A stretch of DNA of 64,000 nt from the human T2T-CHM13v2.0 reference genome, Homo sapiens, in NCBI RefSeq assembly GCF_009914755.1, contig NC_060948.1, one strand, 5' to 3'. The first letter of the stretch is position 1. Each line of letters opens with the position of its first letter. The position numbers and the translations under genes are program-made. Below the pieces are notes generated by a model. It saw only the letters and a program-made list of their open reading frames with translations. It ran no database searches and was not told the DNA's origin. Of the stretch, positions 54,641 through 64,000 are shown piece after piece.

Positions 54641-56768
54641 AGATCCATATTTTTTAAATGAAAAAAAATTTCAAAGGTACTCTGCTTGGTACAATAATCA
54701 AATGTATAAACTGAGGAATAAAACATAACCATGAAACCTACTTATAACTGCATATGGAAAATACAGAGGATAATTTTTTAAATAACATATTTTGAAAGCC
54801 TTAACTAGTAATTTGAAGAGCTGGCATTTGAAAGGCCAGTATGAATATACCTTCAAAGCAGCAACACAGGTTCCCCATGAGAAAAAGCAAACACAGAGAA
54901 AATAAAAACACAAAGGTTCAATCTCTTCTGACCTTTGAAAGACACAGCACAGACAGTGGTCCTTAGGACGAAGAGCAGGAGACCCCTAATTCCGTCACCA
55001 TGGCGATAGGGCATAAACATTGCTGGGTGAGGGCACAATCCACATTGTGAGGTCCAACTGCTGCCAGGAAGACAGGAGTGCTTTTACATAGACCGAAAGG
55101 TCATTGAAGGCTCAGAGTTTTGTTTCAAGAACTGAATCCCAAGCCCACACGTTATTAGGCTGCGCTTCTTAAAACAAGTTATGAGATGGGAAAAAGGGCA
55201 CCCACAAACATACGTATACATTATGTATATAATAATATACAGTATCATATATATAATATATATAACCTATGTATAATATTGTTTTACATCCTGCATCTTA
55301 TGTTATATATATTGTATAAAATATAATAATTGATAATATATAAGTTTTATAATTATACAATATGACATATAGTATATATTATAATTTATGACATATATAA
55401 TATATGTTATATGTCATATATAGAATATATTATACGGTTAATATACGTATTAAATATAAATTATACATTCTATATATTGTATATAATATATCTGTTATAT
55501 ATAATAGCCACTATGCATAATATATATATTCTGTCTATGTTATATATAGTATAAAACAACATATAATAATATATAATTGTATATATAAAATGCGACATAT
55601 AATATATATTATATTTTATAACATATGAAATATATATTATATATTATATATAATACGTTGTATGTATAATACCTATATTAAATATATATTATATGACTAT
55701 GTTATTAATTACATGTCACATGTGTTATATATTATATATTTTACATAGAATATACCGGTTACATACAATATATACTATGTTACCTATAATGTATAATTTA
55801 TTACATGTAAAATAAAGAATGCAATATATTATGTATAATTTATAATATACCATATGTGGAATGTGATATATATAACATATAATATATGATATATGATATA
55901 CAGTATATGATATATAACATACAATATATGATTCCTAATATATATGGTATACAATATATATTTTATGATATGTATTCTCTATGTTTTATATTCTGTTATA
56001 TATAACTATTTGAAATTATATATAACTGTATAATATTTTATGTAAATATGTAATATAATATATATAACTATATAATATATTATATATAACTATATATTAT
56101 GTTATATATACTTTTATATCATAATTTACATAAAATATCATAATATAATATATATTATATTATTTCATATTACATAATATATATTACATATCACCCAATA
56201 TAACAAACATACATAATATTATAATATAGATTATATTGTGTTATATTAAATATCATATATATCATGTATCATATATTCTATAATATATATTAAACATTAT
56301 ATAATATGTACGTTGTCTATTATGTGATATATATAACTATATATATAATTATATTTTTATACATATAACTGGATAAACATGTAATTCTACATATTTTCAT
56401 TTATAATATGTAGAATTATTTAATCATATATAATTTTTTATATACTATAAAAAATTTTATCATTTTATAAATTATAATATATAAAAATTATAATATGTAC
56501 TACATATATATATATTATATATCATATATGATATAGTACCTTTGTTATATATCATAATACATATAAATGTGTATTATGTTATCTATAATTATATAATTTC
56601 ATATATAAGATGTATAATATGTATCATATATTATATATGTTATGTAATATATATAGTATATATAAGATGACACAGGATAAATATTATATACTATGACATA
56701 TAAAATATATGAGGTTATATGTTACATATAAGGCATAGCACATAACATGTAATACATATCATATATAA

Positions 56769-57060
56769 TTTTTTTTTAGACAGAATCTTGTCCTGTTGCA
56801 CAGGGTGGGGTACAATGGCGCCATCTTTGCTCACTGCAATTTCTGCCTCACGGGTCCAAGCGATTGTCCTCCCTCAGCCTCCCAGGTAGCTGGGACTACA
56901 CCACACTGGGACTACACCAGCTGCCACCATGCCTAGCTAATTTTTCGGATTTTTAGTAGTGACAGCGTTTCACTGTATTGGCCAGGATGGTCTTGATCTC
57001 TTCACCTTGTGATCCCCTTGCCTTGGCCTCCAAATTTGCTGGGATTACAGGCCTGAGCCA
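56769..57060 (-). mobile_element. Alu fragment, U24
   Basis: Near-identical to U1 Alu (variants tgcaattt, tttttcggat). Confidence 0.93.
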
Positions 57061-59158
57061 AGATCCATATTTTTTAAATGAAAAAAAATTTGAAAGGTAC
57101 TCTGCTTGGTACAATAATCAAATGTATAAACTGAGGAATAAAACATAACCATGAAACCTACTTATAACTGCATATGGAAAATACAGAGGATAATTTTTTA
57201 AATAACATATTTTGAAAGCCTTAACTAGTAATTTGAAGAGTTGGCATTTGAAAGGCCAGTATGAATATACCTTCAAAGCAGCAACACAGGTTCCCCATGA
57301 GAAAAAGCAAACACAGGGAAAATAAAAACACAAATGTTCAATCTCTTCTGACCTTTGAAAGACACAGCACAGACAGTGGTCCTTAGGACGAAGAGCAGGA
57401 GACCCCTAATTCCGTCACCATGGCGATAGGGCATAAACATTGCTGGGTGAGGGCACAATCCACATTGTGAGGTCCAACTGCTGCCAGGAAGACAGGAGTG
57501 CTTTTACATAGACCGAAAGGTCATTGAAGGCTCAGAGTTTTGTTTCAAGAACTGAATCCCAAGCCCACACGTTATTAGGCTGCGCTTCTTAAAACAAGTT
57601 ATGAGATGGGAAAAAGGGCACCCACAAACATACGTATACATTATGTATATAATAATATACAGTATCATATATATAATATATATAACCTATGTATAATATT
57701 GTTTTACATCCTGCATCTTATGTTATATATATTGTATAAAATATAATAATTGATAATATATAAGTTTTATAATTATACAATATGACATATAGTATATATT
57801 ATAATTTATGACATATATAATATATGTTATATATCATATATAGAATATATTATACGGTTAATATACGTATTAAATATAAATTATACATTATATATATTAT
57901 ATATAATATATCTGTTATATATAATACCCATTATGCATAATATATATATTATGTCTATGTTATATATAGTATAAAACAACATATAATAATATATAATTGT
58001 ATATATAAAATGCGACATATAATATATATTATATTTTATAACATATGTAATATATATTATATATAATACGTTGTATGTATAATACCTATATTAAATATAT
58101 ATTATATGACTATGTTATTAATTACATGTCACATGTGTTATATATTATATATTTTACATAGAATATACCGGTTACATACAATATATACTATGTTACCTAT
58201 AATGTATTATTTATTACATGTAAAATAAAGAATGCAATATATTATGTATAATTTATAATATACCATATGTGGAATGTCATATATATAACATATAATATAT
58301 GATATATGATATACAGTATATGATATATAACATACAATATATGATTCCTAATACATATGGTATACAATATATATTTTATGATATGTATTCTATATGTTTT
58401 ATATTCTGTTATATATAACTATTAGAAATTATATATAACTGTATAATATTTTATGTAAATATGTAATATAATATATATAACTATATAATATATTATATAT
58501 AACTATATATTATGTTATATATACTTTTATAACATAATTTACATAAAATATCATAATATAATATATATTATATTATTTCATATTACATAATATATATTAC
58601 ATATCACCCAATATAACTAACATACATAATATTATAATATAGATTATAATATGTTATATTAAATATCATATATATCATGTATCATATATTCTATAATATA
58701 TATTACACATTATATAATATGTATGTTGTCTATTATGTGATATATATAACTCTATATATAATTATATTTTTATACATATAACTAGATAAACATGTAATTC
58801 TACATATTTTCATCTATAATATGTAGAATTATATAATCATATATAATTATTTATATTCTATAAAAAATTTTATCACTATATAAATTATAATATATAAAAA
58901 TTATAATATGTACTACAAATATATATATTATATATCATATATGATATAGTACCTTTGTTATATATCATAAGACATATAAATGTGTATTATGTTATCTATA
59001 ATTATATAATTTCATATATAAGATGTATAATATGTATCATATATTACATATGTTATGTAATATATGTAGTATATATAAGATGACACAGGATAAATATTAT
59101 ATACTATGACATATAAAATATATGAGGTTATATGTTACATATAAGGCATAGCACATAA

Positions 59159-59473
<315 letters not shown>

Positions 59474-61578
59474 AGATCCATATTTTTTAAATGAAAAAAA
59501 ATTTCAAAGGTACTCTGCTTGGTACAATAATCAAATGTATAAACTGAGGAATAAAACATAACCATGAAACCTACTTATAACTGCATATGGAAAATACAGA
59601 GGATAATTTTTTAAATAACATATTTTGAAAGCCTTAACTAGTAATTTGAAGAGTTGACATTTGAAAGGCCAGTATGAATATACCTTCAAAGCAGCAACAC
59701 AGGTTCTCCATGAGAAAAAGCAAACACAGGGAAAATAAAAACACAAAGGTTCAATCTCTTCTGACCTTTGAAAGACACAGCACAGACAGTGGTCCTTAGG
59801 ACGAAGAGCAGGAGACCCCTAATTCCGTCACCATGGCGATAGGGCATAAACATTGCTGGGTGAGGGCACAATCCACATTGTGAGGTCCAACTGCTGCCAG
59901 GAAGACAGGAGTGCTTTTACATAGACCGAAAGGTCATTGAAGGCTCAGAGTTTTGTTTCAAGAACTGAATCCCAAGCCCACACGTTATTAGGCTGCGCTT
60001 CTTAAAACAAGTTATGAGATGGGAAAAAGGACACCCACAAACATACGTATACATTATGTATATAATAATATACAGTATCATATATATAATATATATAACC
60101 TATGTATAATATTGTTTTACATCCTGCATCTTATGTTATATATATTGTATAAAATATAATAATTGATAATATATAAGTTTTATAATTATACAATATGACA
60201 TATAGTATATATTATAATTTATGACATATATAATATATGTTATATGTCATATATAGAATATATTATACGGTTAATATACGTATTAAATATAAATTATACA
60301 TTCTATATATTATATATAATATATCTGTTATATATAATACCCATTATGCATAATATATATATTATGTCTATGTTATATATAGTATAAAACAACATATAAT
60401 AATATATAATTGTATATATAAAATGCGACATATAATATATATTATATTTTATAACATATGAAATATATATTATATATTATATATAATACGTTGTATGTAT
60501 AATACCTATATTAAATATATATTATATGACTATGTTATTAATTACATGTCACATGTGTTATATATTACATATTTTACATAGAATATACCGGTTACATACA
60601 ATATATACTATGTTACCTATAATGTATTATTTATTACATGTAAAATAAAGAATGCAATATATTATGTATAATTTATAATATACCATATGTGGAATGTCAT
60701 ATATATAACATATAATATATGATATATGATATACAGTATATGATATATAACATACAATATATGATTCCTAATACATATGGTATACAATATATATTTTATG
60801 ATATGTATTCTATATGTTTTATATTCTGTTATATATAACTATTTGAAATTATATATAACTGTATAATATTTTAGGTAAATATTTAATATAATATATATAA
60901 CTATATAATATATTATATATAACTATATATTATGTTATATATACTTTTATAACATAATTTACATAAAATATCATAATATAATATATATTATATTATTTCA
61001 TATTACATAATATATATTACATATCACCCAATATAACTAACATACATAATATTATAATATAGATTATATTATGTTATATTAAATATCATATATATCATGT
61101 ATCATATATTCTATAATATATATTACACATTATATAATATGTATGTTGTCTATTATGTGATATATATAACTATATATATAATTATATTTTTATACATATA
61201 ACTAGATAAACATGTAATTCTACATATTTTCATTTATAATATGTAGAATTATATAATCATATATAATTATTTATATTCTATAAAAAATTTTATCATTATA
61301 TAAATTATAATATATAAAAATTATAATATGTACTACAAATATATATATTATATATCATATATGATATAGTACCTTTGTTATATATCATAATACATATAAA
61401 TGTGTATTATGTTATCTATAATTATATAATTTCATATATAAGATGTATAATATGTATCATATATTATATATGTTATGTAATATATGTAGTATATATAAGA
61501 TGACACAGGATAAATATTATATACTATGACATATAAAATATATCAGGTTATATGTTACATATAAGGCATAGCACATAA

Positions 61579-61893
<315 letters not shown>

Positions 61894-64000
61894 AGATCCA
61901 TATTTTTTAAATGAAAAAAAATTTCAAAGGTACTCTGCTTGGTACAATAATCAAATGTATGAACTGAGGAATAAAACATAACCATGAAACCTACTTATAA
62001 CTGCATATGGAAAATACAGAGGATAATTTTTTAAATAACATATTTTGAAAGCCTTAACTAGTAATTTGAAGAGCTGGCATTTGAAAGGCCAGTATGAATA
62101 TACCTTCAAAGCAGCAACACAGGTTCCCCATGAGAAAAAGCAAACACAGGGAAAATAAAAACACAAAGGTTCAATCTCTTCTGACCTTTGAAAGACACAG
62201 CACAGACAGTGGTCCTTAGGACGAAGAGCAGGAGACCCCTAATTCCGTCACCATGGCGATAGGGCATAAACATTGCTGGGTGAGGGCACAATCCACATTG
62301 TGAGGTCCAACTGCTGCCAGGAAGACAGGAGTGCTTTTACATAGACCGAAAGGTCATTGAAGGCTCAGAGTTTTGTTTCAAGAACTGAATCCCAAGCCCA
62401 CACGTTATTAGGCTGCGCTTCTTAAAACAAGTTATGAGATGGGAAAAAGGGCACCCACAAACATACGTATACATTATGTATATAATAATATACAGTATCA
62501 TATATATAATATATATAACCTATGTATAATATTGTTTTACATCCTGCATCTTATGTTATATATATTGTATAAAATATAATAATTGATAATATATAAGTTT
62601 TATAATTATACAATATGACATATAGTATATATTATAATTTATGACATATATAATATATGTTATATGTCATATATAGAATATATTATACGGTTAATATACG
62701 TATTAAATATAAATTATACATTCTATATATTGTATATAATATATCTGTTATATATAATAGCCATTATGCATAATATATATATTCTGTCTATGTTATATAT
62801 AGTATAAAACAACATATAATAATATATAATTGTATATATAAAACGCGACATATAATATATATTATATTTTATAACATATGAAATATATATTATATATTAT
62901 ATATAATACGTTGTATGTATAATACCTATATTAAATATATATTATATGACTATGTTATTAATTACATGTCACATGTGTTATATATTATATATTTTACATA
63001 GAATATACCGGTTACATACAATATATACTATGTTACCTATAATGTATAATTTATTACATGTAAAATAAAGAATGCAATATATTATGTATAATTTATAATA
63101 TACCATATGTGGAATGTGATATATATAACATATAATATATGATATATGATATACAGTATATGATATATAACATACAATATATGATTCCTAATATATATGG
63201 TATACAATATATATTTTATGATATGTATTCTCTATGTTTTATATTCTGTTATATATAACTATTTGAAATTATATATAACTGTATAATATTTTATGTAAAT
63301 ATGTAATATAATATATATAACTATATAATATATTATATATAACTATATATTATGTTATATATACTTTTATAACATAATTTACATAAAATATCATAATATA
63401 ATATATATTATATTATTTCATATTAGATAATATATATTACATATCACCCAATATAACAAACATACATAATATTATAATATAGATTATATTGTGTTATATT
63501 AAATATCATATATATCATGTATCATATATTCTATAATATATATTAAACATTATATAATATGTACGTTGTCTATTATGTGATATATATAACTATATATATA
63601 ATTATATTTTTATACATATAACTGGATAAACATGTAATTCTACATATTTTCATTTATAATATGTAGAATTATTTAATCATATATAATTTTTTATATTCTA
63701 TAAAAAATTTTATCATTTTATAAATTATAATATATAAAAATTATAATATGTACTACAAATATATATATTATATATCATATATGATATAGTACCTTTGTTA
63801 TATATCATAATACATATAAATGTGTATTATGTTATCTATAATTATATAATTTCATATATAAGATGTATAATATGTATCATATATTATATATGTTATGTAA
63901 TATATATAGTATATATAAGATGACACAGGATAAATATTATATACTATGACATATAAAATATATGAGGTTATATGTTACATATAAGGCATAGCACATAACA

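Overview
The whole 64 kb window is one uninterrupted head-to-tail tandem array of a ~2.42 kb unit, about 26.4 copies, all in the same orientation. Spacings between equivalent ORF anchors are 2413-2421 bp, mostly 2418-2420. Each unit has three parts: a ~1.56 kb extremely AT-rich degenerate (TA)-like domain, a ~290 bp 5'-truncated minus-strand Alu with an internal 16-bp duplication, and a ~570 bp more complex segment. This architecture, period and a predicted ~2.15 kb HaeIII fragment match the human DYZ2/HSat1B satellite, most likely from Yq12 heterochromatin. Diverged HSat1B copies also exist on acrocentric short arms, so the location is inferred. There are no credible genes: all ORFs are short by-products of the repeat. 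I found no new gene system. The non-trivial signal is in the variant pattern between units (numbered U1-U26 by their Alu): two unit subfamilies in alternating blocks, a hidden ~21.8-24.2 kb (9-10 unit) higher-order duplication with a breakpoint near 32.3 kb, later single-unit gains and losses, a nested 3-unit (7.25 kb) duplication, and gene-conversion-like mosaics. All comparisons were made by eye and need alignment to confirm.
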